From an uncultured delta proteobacterium (GTDB lineage: Bacteria > Bdellovibrionota_C > UBA2361 > OMII01), in contig CAIVDM010000220.1 in the NCBI GenBank assembly GCA_903904735.1, forward strand, positions 20,320 through 84,319: a stretch of 64,000 bases of DNA, read 5' to 3'. The notes under the pieces are model-generated. The model had not been told where the DNA came from. It made no database searches and saw only the letters and a list, made by a program, of their open reading frames with translations. The position numbers were made by a program, and so were the translations under genes. Below are positions 49,413 to 59,393 of the stretch, in pieces. How positions within the stretch are numbered: position 1 is the first letter of the stretch; the number at the start of each line of letters is the position of its first letter.

Positions 49413-49440
49413 TCATCGGTAAAATTCGTAGAACACTAAA
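49413..49440 (-). promoter_or_regulatory. putative sigma28-type promoter at the head of the kinase/Tad/SctV locus
   Basis: minus strand TTTA(G)-N16-ACCGATGA; the -10 element is identical to the one at 231-238. Confidence 0.38.
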
Positions 49441-49655
49441 TACTCAGGACCGCTCCCAATCCACTTTTTCACCTCTCTAAGTGTCCTTCTGAAGAGTCTC
49501 ATGGTACCAAGACGTTACCCTCTAAAGGTTACGAGAGCTGGCGGTCGTCTCTGCCTATTTAAAATAACGTCTTACATTCCCAACGAGTCTAACGACGTGG
49601 TATTACTGGGACTTGGAGTCGTTCTGAATAGTTATCTTCGCATGAGGTACTCGGC

Positions 49656-49943
49656 TTGAGTAACGGCAGCTTACTATCATTTAGTCGCTATCTGGTCATC
49701 GCTCTTGCGATGGCGCTTCTGGCACCCTATGCCGGCTGTCACCTCTTTACCTCTCCCGCGAATCCGATTGTTCGGGGAGACATGGCGGAGGTCACGATTA
49801 AGGGCGCTAAGGAAAGGGAGACATCTTTAGACTACGGCGAACAACATGACCGTGAGGCAACTTCCCCGGACGACGCTCCGGGCAGCCGAGATCAGACCGA
49901 ACCGAGATTTTCTGAAATCGAGAATCTGCTGCGTGAGCCATAA
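49656..49943 (+). CDS. small hypothetical lipoprotein
   Basis: hydrophobic LVIALAMALLAPYAG-C then a hydrophilic tail; divergent from the Tad locus. Confidence 0.5.
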   Translation: MSNGSLLSFSRYLVIALAMALLAPYAGCHLFTSPANPIVRGDMAEVTIKGAKERETSLDYGEQHDREATSPDDAPGSRDQTEPRFSEIENLLREP

Positions 49944-50056
49944 TGTTTAGATTACTTTTAGCGCGACCTACTCGAGCCCGTCTCCGACACAACCGCTCTT
50001 CAGAGGATCGCTAGGAACCTCGAGTGTCGCGCTTATATGAGGGAATGGATATTTTT

Positions 50057-50644
50057 ATGGTGAGTCTGACGAAAATCTACACATGCACCGGAGATGATGG
50101 ATCGACAGGTCTTGTCGGTGGCGCGCGAGTCAAGAAGACATCTCTCAAAGTCGCCGCCTACGGGGACGTCGATGAGCTTAACGCTCACCTGGGCGCGTGT
50201 CGCACGCTCGCGATGCCGCTCCAAGACACCACCATTCTCGACATATTGACGCGCGTTCAGAACGAGCTCTTTGACATCGGCGCGGAATTGGCGACGCCCG
50301 CTGACGCTCACTGGCAGGGGATGTTGAAGGCCGGTCCTGAGCACGTCTCTCAACTTGAGCGCTGGATAGATTCGCTGAATTCCGCGCTCCCAACACTATC
50401 CTCATTCATCCTTCCAGGTGGCTCGTCGCTCAACGCTCATCTTCATATCGCGCGCACGGTGTGTCGTCGGGCGGAGCGCAGTATTTTAGCGCTGCATGAG
50501 CATGAACCTGTATCCGCGGACATCGTGCGTTACATTAACCGTCTGAGCGATCTCCTCTTTGTCATGGCGAGAGCCGTGATCGTCTCCGAGGGGCTTCCTG
50601 AGTACCTGTGGGCTCCGGGAAATTTTCGCCCTCGCCCACGATAA
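50057..50644 (+). CDS. pduO: PduO-type ATP:cob(I)alamin adenosyltransferase
   Basis: KIYT.TGDDG.TGL, YGDVDELN, QNELFDIGAELA, FILPGG, ARTVCRRAER, YINRLSDLLFVMAR. Confidence 0.9.
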   Translation: MVSLTKIYTCTGDDGSTGLVGGARVKKTSLKVAAYGDVDELNAHLGACRTLAMPLQDTTILDILTRVQNELFDIGAELATPADAHWQGMLKAGPEHVSQLERWIDSLNSALPTLSSFILPGGSSLNAHLHIARTVCRRAERSILALHEHEPVSADIVRYINRLSDLLFVMARAVIVSEGLPEYLWAPGNFRPRPR

Positions 50645-50648
50645 GTTC

Positions 50649-51854
50649 ATGACCGTTATCTCCCCGCGCGTTAATCGAGTCCTCATAGCGATCGCGATAA
50701 GCCTCCTGCTCGCGACGGTTGCGGCGAGCATCACTGAGACGAGCCCTGACTCCGCTATTCTTCGGGGTGACTTTCCCGCTTTCTACACGATGGCTGTGGT
50801 CGCGCACGAAGGGAGTGGCGAGAGATTGTACGATCTCGCTTTTCAGCAAGAGATCCAGGCGCGGTATTGGCCATCACTGAGTACGAGCGTGCTTCCAATC
50901 GCATATCCCGCGTTTATGGCGATACCGCTCCTACCGCTTGCGCATCTTTCCCCGCAGATGGCGCGGATTTCGTGGATTATCTGCATGCTCATCGCGACTC
51001 TCGGCGCCGTATGGATGATGATCAAGAGCTTCTCGAATCTGTTGACCTTCCGATGGCAAACCGCCGTCGCGTGTTTGAGCTTCTTTCCTCTCTTCGCCGG
51101 GATCATCGGTGGTCAAGCGATAGGAGTGAGTCTCCTACTCCTAGCCGCGATTACTCGATTTTCGGTCAAGCAATCTATGGCCGGTCAAATCGTTGTCGGT
51201 CTGCTCGCTGGACTATGGATGTTTAAGCCACATTACGCCTTGGCGGTCGTTTGGGCGCTCCTTCTCCAACGACAGGGATGGGCGTTGCTATCCTGGGCGA
51301 TAACAGGCGTCGCGCTGTGGCTAGTTGGAGCTCATGTCGGTGGGATAGATTGGCTAGGGCATTGGCTTGCCTTCGCGAAACAGTTCTCTCATATCGATCT
51401 TGTGACCAATTCTGATCAGATGACCGGTGTGGCGCCGTTTCTTTTCTCTGTTGTTAAGAGGTTGGCGGGAACTGAGTATTACAGCGAGCGAGTATGGGCA
51501 TCGCTATCGATACTCTTCTCGGTGCTTGTTCCTCTTGCGCTCTTCGCCATCCATAAGAGCGTGTCAGAACGCTCTCCTTCGGATCCACAAACTCTCTATC
51601 TGCTTATCGCTCCGGTATTACTCCTGCTCGCGCCCGCCGCGAACTTTTACGACTTAGCGTTATTGCTGCTACCACTCGGCGCGACGATATCACCGTATAA
51701 AGTCCGTGATGTTCGCATCCTGACAGCCATCATCGCGCTAAGCGCCCTCGCGTTATTGTCGCGAGAGTTGAGTTCTTTTGGCGGGCCCTTCCTGCTATCG
51801 AGTAGCATCGGAGCTTTCATCTTCACCAGAATCCTCCGAGCGAAACCTGATTAA
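50649..51854 (+). CDS. GT87/DUF2029-like membrane glycosyltransferase (GT-C)
   Basis: GDFPAFY...G.RLYD, AYPAF, GGQ, FKPHY, YDLALL; multi-pass. Confidence 0.75.
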   Translation: MTVISPRVNRVLIAIAISLLLATVAASITETSPDSAILRGDFPAFYTMAVVAHEGSGERLYDLAFQQEIQARYWPSLSTSVLPIAYPAFMAIPLLPLAHLSPQMARISWIICMLIATLGAVWMMIKSFSNLLTFRWQTAVACLSFFPLFAGIIGGQAIGVSLLLLAAITRFSVKQSMAGQIVVGLLAGLWMFKPHYALAVVWALLLQRQGWALLSWAITGVALWLVGAHVGGIDWLGHWLAFAKQFSHIDLVTNSDQMTGVAPFLFSVVKRLAGTEYYSERVWASLSILFSVLVPLALFAIHKSVSERSPSDPQTLYLLIAPVLLLLAPAANFYDLALLLLPLGATISPYKVRDVRILTAIIALSALALLSRELSSFGGPFLLSSSIGAFIFTRILRAKPD

Positions 51855-51872
51855 CGGCGAGAACTCGCCAAT

Positions 51873-52568
51873 GTGCTCATGCGGAGACTTGTTCGATACG
51901 TGACGCTCTGCGTCTCATTCACGTTAGCCAATCTAGCGAGCGCCACACCGTCTGACATCGAGCAGTGGACTAACATCAACGCTCATATCGCACTCGAACG
52001 ATCAGAAACACTTCGCCTCTACCTTGAGATCCAGCCGAGACAAGGAGACGACTTGCAGCGTCTAGGGACAGTTCAACACCAGGCAGCCCTCGTCATCAGC
52101 CCGAGCCGATCGCTGTCGCTGTATACCGGATACGCATGGACGCCCGTCTTCTTGAACGCTGAATATCATCGGGATTACCGCGATGAGCAGCGATTGTGGC
52201 AGAGCGTCATTTACCGAGAAGATCTCTTGGGGATTCAGTGGCTCGTCCGACTTCGGCAAGAGCAGCGCATGATCATGCGAACGAATGGCACCTCCAACCG
52301 AAGTCGACTCATGCTTAAGGGAAGCTATCCCTTGAGCACAAGCGGTGATTTTGGACTTACATGGTCAGATGAGGTTATGTACACACTTAACGCCACCACA
52401 GGTGGTCCGGTAAGCGGATATGACCGAAACCGGTTATTTTTCGGTCCCTACTGGAGAATAGAGAGAACTCGATACGAGGTCGGCTATTTAGGTGAGCATC
52501 AGAAGCGCTTTGGAGATGATGAGCGGTGGGCGCATGTGCTGGCCGTATCCGTGTCGTGTAATTTCTAG
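51873..52568 (+). CDS. DUF2490-like outer-membrane beta-barrel protein
   Basis: signal peptide, EQRLWQ, RLRQEQR, YDRNRLFFG, terminal Phe. Confidence 0.75.
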   Translation: MLMRRLVRYVTLCVSFTLANLASATPSDIEQWTNINAHIALERSETLRLYLEIQPRQGDDLQRLGTVQHQAALVISPSRSLSLYTGYAWTPVFLNAEYHRDYRDEQRLWQSVIYREDLLGIQWLVRLRQEQRMIMRTNGTSNRSRLMLKGSYPLSTSGDFGLTWSDEVMYTLNATTGGPVSGYDRNRLFFGPYWRIERTRYEVGYLGEHQKRFGDDERWAHVLAVSVSCNF

Positions 52569-52643
52569 AGGATCTTTCGAAAAACACGGTCTTTGATGGC
52601 TCACCCTAACAAGCGCTCGACGAATCCTGGGGAGCAGCTTCAA

Positions 52644-53507
52644 CTACCCGAGACGAATACCAGAGGCCTCTCCTGCGAAATCTCCCCACGTCATCTGCAC
52701 GGCGGATAGTCCAACCAATACGGCGGTCTCCGCCCGAAGAACTCGGCCTCCAAGCACCCACTGCTGAGCCTTACCTTCGAGCTTCAACCGTTCTGCGTCG
52801 GAAAAGCCGCCCTCTGGCCCGACAAACAAAACTATGCGCCGCGTGGGACATTTCGGCGCAAGCGTAGGATGGCTGCGATCATCGAGCACTACACAGAGAT
52901 CGGCGGACGTAACCGTGGATGAGGTGAGAAACGTGTCCAAGGAGACAGGTGGATGCAGATGAGGAATCGATCCTCGCCGGCATTGTCTCGCCGCGCGGAG
53001 AAGCTGGCCCGGCCACGAAGCGGCTTTCTCGTGTTCTAGACCCTCCGGGGGCACAGAGTGGTCCGTGATGAGCGGAGCGATATGGGTCACACCCAGCTCC
53101 GTAGCCTTCTGCATCACGAAGAGCATCCGCTGCCGCGCGAGCACGGCACATGCGAGAGTGATCTCTACCGTTGACTCAGGGGAGCGCTTCATTCGCTCAT
53201 AGGGCAACGCGACTCCCTGCTCGTTATGCAACTCTTTAAGACTTGCTCGGAAGTAGTCACCCGAAGCGTCGCGGATCGTAAAAGCCTCTTTGGCATTGAT
53301 CCCTCGCCGCACCAGGCGCTCAACAAGAGCACGCTCCAGCGTAAATGGTTCTTGGAGCGTCAGACTACATGCGATCTCAAGCGGAGGATCGCCCTTGGCG
53401 GCATATCGATCCATCGATACTGCTGCTCGAGGTTTCGGACTGCGGTCCGCGTCGGATTTGCCCGGCCGCGTATCACGAGACGGTCTCTTGTTGTTGCGAT
53501 TAGTCAT
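52644..53507 (-). CDS. rsmE: 16S rRNA m3U1498 methyltransferase (SPOUT)
   Basis: QKATELGV, AARQCRR, VGPEGGFS..E, LGGRVLRAETA. Confidence 0.9.
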   Translation of the reverse strand: MTNRNNKRPSRDTRPGKSDADRSPKPRAAVSMDRYAAKGDPPLEIACSLTLQEPFTLERALVERLVRRGINAKEAFTIRDASGDYFRASLKELHNEQGVALPYERMKRSPESTVEITLACAVLARQRMLFVMQKATELGVTHIAPLITDHSVPPEGLEHEKAASWPGQLLRAARQCRRGSIPHLHPPVSLDTFLTSSTVTSADLCVVLDDRSHPTLAPKCPTRRIVLFVGPEGGFSDAERLKLEGKAQQWVLGGRVLRAETAVLVGLSAVQMTWGDFAGEASGIRLG

Positions 53508-53708
53508 TGGTGGAAGAAAGATTAAATAATCCTCGTGTTATACCAAGGATGAAGAAGGTTAGCGAGGTATCTCTCGGCCACCTGCTTCCGTTGAGTTGCT
53601 TTGATTCGCATCGTATTGCTCGGGACTGCCGGGGATAGGCTGTTGATCATGGGCGTCTACTCGCGCTCCTCAGAAGTAACGGCGATACCTCGTTTTGAGC
53701 CTCGGCTC

Positions 53709-54542
53709 TTACGGGGCTACTTTCCCGAAGCGTGCGTCAAAGCGATTGTTTATCTCAATGACTTTCCTGCGGTTATGCTCGATGACTAAGACGCTTTGAA
53801 TCTTTCCTCGCATGAATTCCAGCACCTCGGGTGCTAGCATGTCCCGCTGATTTCTTATGCCTGCAAAGATGCGCCGCATACGCTCAGCGGCCGATTGTTT
53901 AAGTCGGATTGTAATCAAGTGTTCGCCTATAGTCGTAATATAAGTTGCTATGCCGAGGTCGAAGGGGTCATCACTAAATCTAACCAGAGTCCGGTCTCGT
54001 GGAATCATCTCAGCGCCTACTCGATTAGTGTAACAGTCATGCCCAATGATGTGGGCATGCTTTGCGCCTATTCGGTTCAGGGCGACAAAAAAATCCTCTG
54101 TAATATGGGAATGAATCAAGTGAAACCACTGCTCAGGCTTCCAGATTCGGAAATGCTCATGGGGGTAATGTTGTTGCAGAGCAAACATAATCTGCATCCA
54201 GACTGAATCAAGACTACATAAATTCCCTAGAGTCATCCGAGTTTTGGCAGAGAGGATGCCGGCTTGTATGTGCGGTGAGCTGGCAAGGTGAGTCGTATAG
54301 GCACTCCGGAAAAGAGCGCTCATATTTATTATCCAGATCAAGTGAAGTTGGTAGTGTCCCTTCGCTTTGAATAGGACCCCCAGATGCTCTAACGTGCGCA
54401 GCTCTTTGAATATCGCTCTACGTGAGTATTTTCGAGCCCTTTTAGCTATTTGAATGCCGATGCGTTCAGCCGTAAGACGAGGCTCCTCCGCGAGCAGCTC
54501 AATAATTATCTCCTTAAGACTCTTATCCGCGGTGTTTAGCAT
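53709..54542 (-). CDS. hypothetical protein with N-terminal winged-helix-like domain
   Basis: IIELLAEEPRLTAERI...YSRRAIFKELRTLEHLGVLFKAKGHY wHTH-like pattern. Confidence 0.6.
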   Translation of the reverse strand: MLNTADKSLKEIIIELLAEEPRLTAERIGIQIAKRARKYSRRAIFKELRTLEHLGVLFKAKGHYQLHLIWIINMSALFRSAYTTHLASSPHIQAGILSAKTRMTLGNLCSLDSVWMQIMFALQQHYPHEHFRIWKPEQWFHLIHSHITEDFFVALNRIGAKHAHIIGHDCYTNRVGAEMIPRDRTLVRFSDDPFDLGIATYITTIGEHLITIRLKQSAAERMRRIFAGIRNQRDMLAPEVLEFMRGKIQSVLVIEHNRRKVIEINNRFDARFGKVAP

Positions 54543-54786
54543 TAACGCCCTTTAGCGATACCAATCAAAACGCATGTATATCTAAAGTGCACTAATGATG
54601 CACCTGAGGCAACGTATTTTGGCAACTAACCCGATTTTGATTATGTTTTGAAAACATTCGATTCCGGGCTGCTTGGAAGACCGCTTGAGCGGATAGGTTG
54701 TTTCAATGGATGTATTGAGCCGTGGAATATTCGTAACAAGGCTAAGTCTGTACTTGTGATGTAGGCTGTACCAGTAAAGAGGATGG

Positions 54787-55815
54787 GTGATGATGCATAC
54801 TACGAACTCTTGCCCGCGTGCAGGTCGAGACGCGTTGGCTAGTAGCCACAGCCCGAGCGGCTTCCTCGGCTTCACTGTTCCGCCGATCCCCTCTTTCCAC
54901 ACGCTTCGTATGCCTTTATCCCAGCAAACGAAATCCGCGGGAACCGAACTATCCCGTGGCGTCAGTGAGTCGATGCAGAGGAAAGAACCTGAAGGCCCGC
55001 AAGGTTCTTCGCTGATTGGTCAATGTAAGCGATTCCTGCTCGTGACCCTACGATCAAACAACACATACTCAATGATCGGTAATTTTTTCATCGCGGCGCA
55101 TCTATCGCACGGTGTTTATCTCCAAATGCTTTGCGCCGCTCTGGCCGTCCGAAACGAAGTACGCGAGGCCGAGCGGACACATTCAACGTCAGATAACGCG
55201 AAAACGCTCTCCTGGGGGGGCGTTCCAGGAATTATTTCGCGGAGTCCCGGGGTGTATCGTTATTCCCTAGCTGTAGCGTTCCTTCAGCATGCTTTTGAAC
55301 AGGGGTTCTCCTCAGTAACGGGGCTTGCAGTGGCCTTTTGCTGCCCTGGGCTAGGAAATCTATTTATCGCCCACGATCTCAATCGCGAGTACTTTACAAG
55401 AGAGGGCCTACTTCATCCAGCTAGCCGCACCCCGTCAACTACTCCTCGCTCAAGCATGCTACGAGAGCTCCTCACAAATGGAGCTGTATATTGGGGCATC
55501 GCGGATATCTTGGTAGGAATGCAGGGTGTCCACAATAATGGATCGACCCTGATGACCGCGCCTCCGATGTTCCTTGTAGGTATGGTGCTTGCCTGTTCAA
55601 GCATAGGGGCCGTTTGCGTTAAATCCTCAAGCTCACCGGACTCTCCGGTGGCGATTACACTAAACGCGCTTACCAACTATGCATTCGCTCTTGCCAACGT
55701 GACTTCCGAGATCGGATCCGCGGTGAGCGCGACAGCAGGCGCGTTTTGGGGAACAGGGTCCCTGATTATCGGCGCCAATAAACTATCAAGCCAGAAGAGG
55801 GCAAAGTGCGAATAA
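54787..55815 (+). CDS. hypothetical membrane protein (true start probably downstream)
   Basis: 342 aa ORF with several hydrophobic segments; stop overlaps the next start. Confidence 0.5.
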   Translation: MMMHTTNSCPRAGRDALASSHSPSGFLGFTVPPIPSFHTLRMPLSQQTKSAGTELSRGVSESMQRKEPEGPQGSSLIGQCKRFLLVTLRSNNTYSMIGNFFIAAHLSHGVYLQMLCAALAVRNEVREAERTHSTSDNAKTLSWGGVPGIISRSPGVYRYSLAVAFLQHAFEQGFSSVTGLAVAFCCPGLGNLFIAHDLNREYFTREGLLHPASRTPSTTPRSSMLRELLTNGAVYWGIADILVGMQGVHNNGSTLMTAPPMFLVGMVLACSSIGAVCVKSSSSPDSPVAITLNALTNYAFALANVTSEIGSAVSATAGAFWGTGSLIIGANKLSSQKRAKCE

Positions 55816-56909
55816 CGCGAAATTCAGTGAGAGTATTAGGGGCAATCCTCGCGGTAACGCTGGATCTCAATCTAGGTTTTTATTGCCCAGCGGCAGCGGA
55901 TCCCTGTAACGACCTTCACGTCGGTCTTACCTTGCCTCTGACGGGACCGGGCGCCGCCTATGGTGTGGCCGCTCGGAATGGGTTTGAACTCACGTTGCGC
56001 GCTAACCCTGATGCTTTTAGGGGCATCACTTTCCATTACGAGGATTCGCAGCTAAAGCCGGCGCAGGCAGTGCGCGCATTTAACGCCCTGAGGTCTCGAT
56101 TTCAGATCTGGGCTCACTTTGATTTCGGTAGCGCGACATCTTTAGCGCTCGCGCCGATAGCTGAGCAGGCGCAGGTTCCGATGTTTAGTTCAGCATATGA
56201 TCCTGAGGTATCACGGGGACGACGGTATGTTATTCGATTTGCTAATAGCACAGGTGATTATGGGCAAAAACTGATCAATGAACTCCGTCTCAGGAGGATT
56301 AAGCGCATAGCGGTGGTAGTTGTTGATAATCCGTTCTTTACTCAGTATGTCGACACTCTCCAATCGTTATTGCGCGCGGACGAGATACTAACCGTTTATA
56401 GAGTGGACTCCGCGGAGAGTGATTTTGGGGCTCTCTCAATCAAGTTGAACAGTATCAGCGCTCAGTACGATGGTCTTGGCCTCTTTCTATTTCACGAGCA
56501 ATCAAGGCAAATGCTGAGGAGATTAGGGGCAAAGAACGGTTTTTCAAACATCTTTGGAAGTGACGCTTTTGAGGAAGCTAGTAATGGCACAAAAGAAGAT
56601 GAGGTCTTTAACGGGACGTTTTTCGCCAATGCCAGAGTCGTCCCTGAATTTATTCAGCTGTATCACGAAACCTATCATAATATGCGACACCACACCTTTG
56701 CCGCGGGTACTTTTGACTTTAGCAATTTGCTCTTGGAAGCGGCGCACGCCCGGCAGGCATGTAGCAGAGAAGAGCTGTTGGTTGTCGCTAAATCCGGATC
56801 CATGCGATCGGGCGCTCTCGGTGTGATTCAATATAAAGAGTCGCAAATCACGGGGGGATATTTCGCTTCTGAGATTGCAATTAAAAATGTCGCTACTCAA
56901 ACAAAGTAG
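55806..56909 (+). CDS. periplasmic binding protein type 1 (LivJ/branched-chain amino-acid-like)
   Basis: VGLTLPLTGPGAAYG..ARNG, YEDS...PAQAVRAF, LAPIAEQAQVP. Confidence 0.8.
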   Translation: MRITRNSVRVLGAILAVTLDLNLGFYCPAAADPCNDLHVGLTLPLTGPGAAYGVAARNGFELTLRANPDAFRGITFHYEDSQLKPAQAVRAFNALRSRFQIWAHFDFGSATSLALAPIAEQAQVPMFSSAYDPEVSRGRRYVIRFANSTGDYGQKLINELRLRRIKRIAVVVVDNPFFTQYVDTLQSLLRADEILTVYRVDSAESDFGALSIKLNSISAQYDGLGLFLFHEQSRQMLRRLGAKNGFSNIFGSDAFEEASNGTKEDEVFNGTFFANARVVPEFIQLYHETYHNMRHHTFAAGTFDFSNLLLEAAHARQACSREELLVVAKSGSMRSGALGVIQYKESQITGGYFASEIAIKNVATQTK

Positions 56910-57361
56910 CTACATCGAGATAGGCACTCATTGAAGGACCTCATAAAGTCTTAAAGCATCTCCGAAGCTCTCCGGCGCCGCTACCAGAGATTAGTTTCAT
57001 CCGTAGCCTCAGGGCTGCAACTGAATGCGTATCCGATGACAGTATCGAGTGAAGCTATCCCGTTCTGCTGTCCCATGATGGGATCACTTCAGCGATCCCC
57101 AGAGCTCAGATGGTGAAAGATTACATGCGCTCCTTGACTCCTTGAGCCCATGCGGTGGCGCTGGAGACTGCGCTTTGCGACACCCCCTTTCCACCCCGAC
57201 GCCAGAGCCTCAGCGTCGGCGGCTCCAACAGATCATCTACTTACAAAAAAGCAATTGGTTTCCTCTCCTTAGGAATCCAAGAGACGTAATCCTGCAAGTA
57301 GAAACCTCTAATCCCTACCATGGAGGCGAGATCTTGAATCGATCGCCTCATCAAGCGCTCA

Positions 57362-58008
<647 letters not shown>

Positions 58009-58113
58009 GACATATGGCTATCACGTCTTTGGTCTCAAGACTACCTGGCAGGGCGTTGAAAGTCGATTTGCTGGCTCGGATTCGACGGATGAACTCCTCT
58101 ATGCCCTCTCTCG

Positions 58114-59268
58114 TCACTCCTCGCGACGAAGTAGCATCAGCGTTACGTCGTCTTTGAGCAATCTTCCCTCTAGGAACGTCGTGAAGGCATCAACGATCGA
58201 CCGCAAGACCTCGCCACTTCCACCCTTCGACGGAGCCGCTGACAGAGCCGCGCTGAGTCGCTCCACGCCGAACTGCTGCATGTCTCGATTCTGCGCCTCT
58301 GTCACTCCATCGGTGTACAGAAGGAGCGAGTCTCCTGGTTCTAAGGTATGCTCAATCAGTTCATATGAGGCCTCGGTGACAAAACCGAGCGGAAACCCAT
58401 TACCAAGTAGCTGCGTCACTTCATTTGAGGCGCGGCTTAAGATCAGCGCGGGGCCGTGTCCCGCGCGCGCCCACTGCACTCGTCCCGTGGCGGGGTCGTA
58501 GAGACAAGTTCCCATCGTCATAAACCGACCAGATGGAAGCTGCGGAGCTAAATATTTGTTCATGACCGACAAGAGCTCGTCGGGCCTCTCACGTTCCGCC
58601 GCGACCATGGCTAGCTTCGCCATGCTGCCGATAAAGGCCGCGGGCAATCCATGTCCTGAGACATCGGCGATATGGAGACGGAGATGCTTGTGATTGGGAA
58701 AATCAACGAAGTACCAATCTCCACCCACCTGCTCAAGGGGCTGATAGGAGACAGCTATCTGAAACCGAGGATCTGATGGGAGCTGTTTGGGAAGCAACCC
58801 CTGCTGAATCGATCGAGCTTCCTCAAGGTCTTTCTGAAAACGTGTGTTATGGTCTCTCAACGCGGCGTTTATTTCCGCGAGACTGCTCCGCTCATTTGAT
58901 AGCCCTGCAGCTTTCCTCAGTCTAAGCTGGGTGGCTATTCTACTCGCTAATGTCCCCACTGATAAGGGAGATGGCACCACCTCAACCCGCTCGAAGCTCT
59001 CGAACACATCGAGAGTTCGTTGGTGCTCTGGCGCGATGCACACGATCGGGACTTCACGAGTTGATTCTTGCGCTCGAAAAAAAGTGCAGAGATCGACAAG
59101 TTCACTGTTTATTCGCCCATCAATCACGATGAGATCAGCATTCTGACCCTGAATCGCCTCCAGGACTGGAGAGCTTGCTCCTAGACCCTTCACGGCATAG
59201 CCGAGCCGCTCAAGAAATTGCGGTAGTTGTCGCTCCCGCTCATCCCCAAAATAGAAGATCAAATCCAT
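58114..59268 (-). CDS. receiver-like domain plus SpoIIE/RsbU-type PP2C phosphatase
   Basis: ARSIQQGLLP, VGGDWY, IADVSGHG, RAGH, LYTDGVTEA, DDVTL; N-terminal DLIVID...TREVPIV receiver fold. Confidence 0.85.
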   Translation of the reverse strand: MDLIFYFGDERERQLPQFLERLGYAVKGLGASSPVLEAIQGQNADLIVIDGRINSELVDLCTFFRAQESTREVPIVCIAPEHQRTLDVFESFERVEVVPSPLSVGTLASRIATQLRLRKAAGLSNERSSLAEINAALRDHNTRFQKDLEEARSIQQGLLPKQLPSDPRFQIAVSYQPLEQVGGDWYFVDFPNHKHLRLHIADVSGHGLPAAFIGSMAKLAMVAAERERPDELLSVMNKYLAPQLPSGRFMTMGTCLYDPATGRVQWARAGHGPALILSRASNEVTQLLGNGFPLGFVTEASYELIEHTLEPGDSLLLYTDGVTEAQNRDMQQFGVERLSAALSAAPSKGGSGEVLRSIVDAFTTFLEGRLLKDDVTLMLLRREE

Positions 59269-59393
59269 TACCGCAGTCCCCCTCTACGGTTGTCTATCGA
59301 CTCAATCCACGTATTCCGATAGGTCTGTGCGTCCTCTTTTGTCGCGTTCAGTGGGCTGTTCAGGGACCATTAGGAAATCAGGGGCTTACCCGA

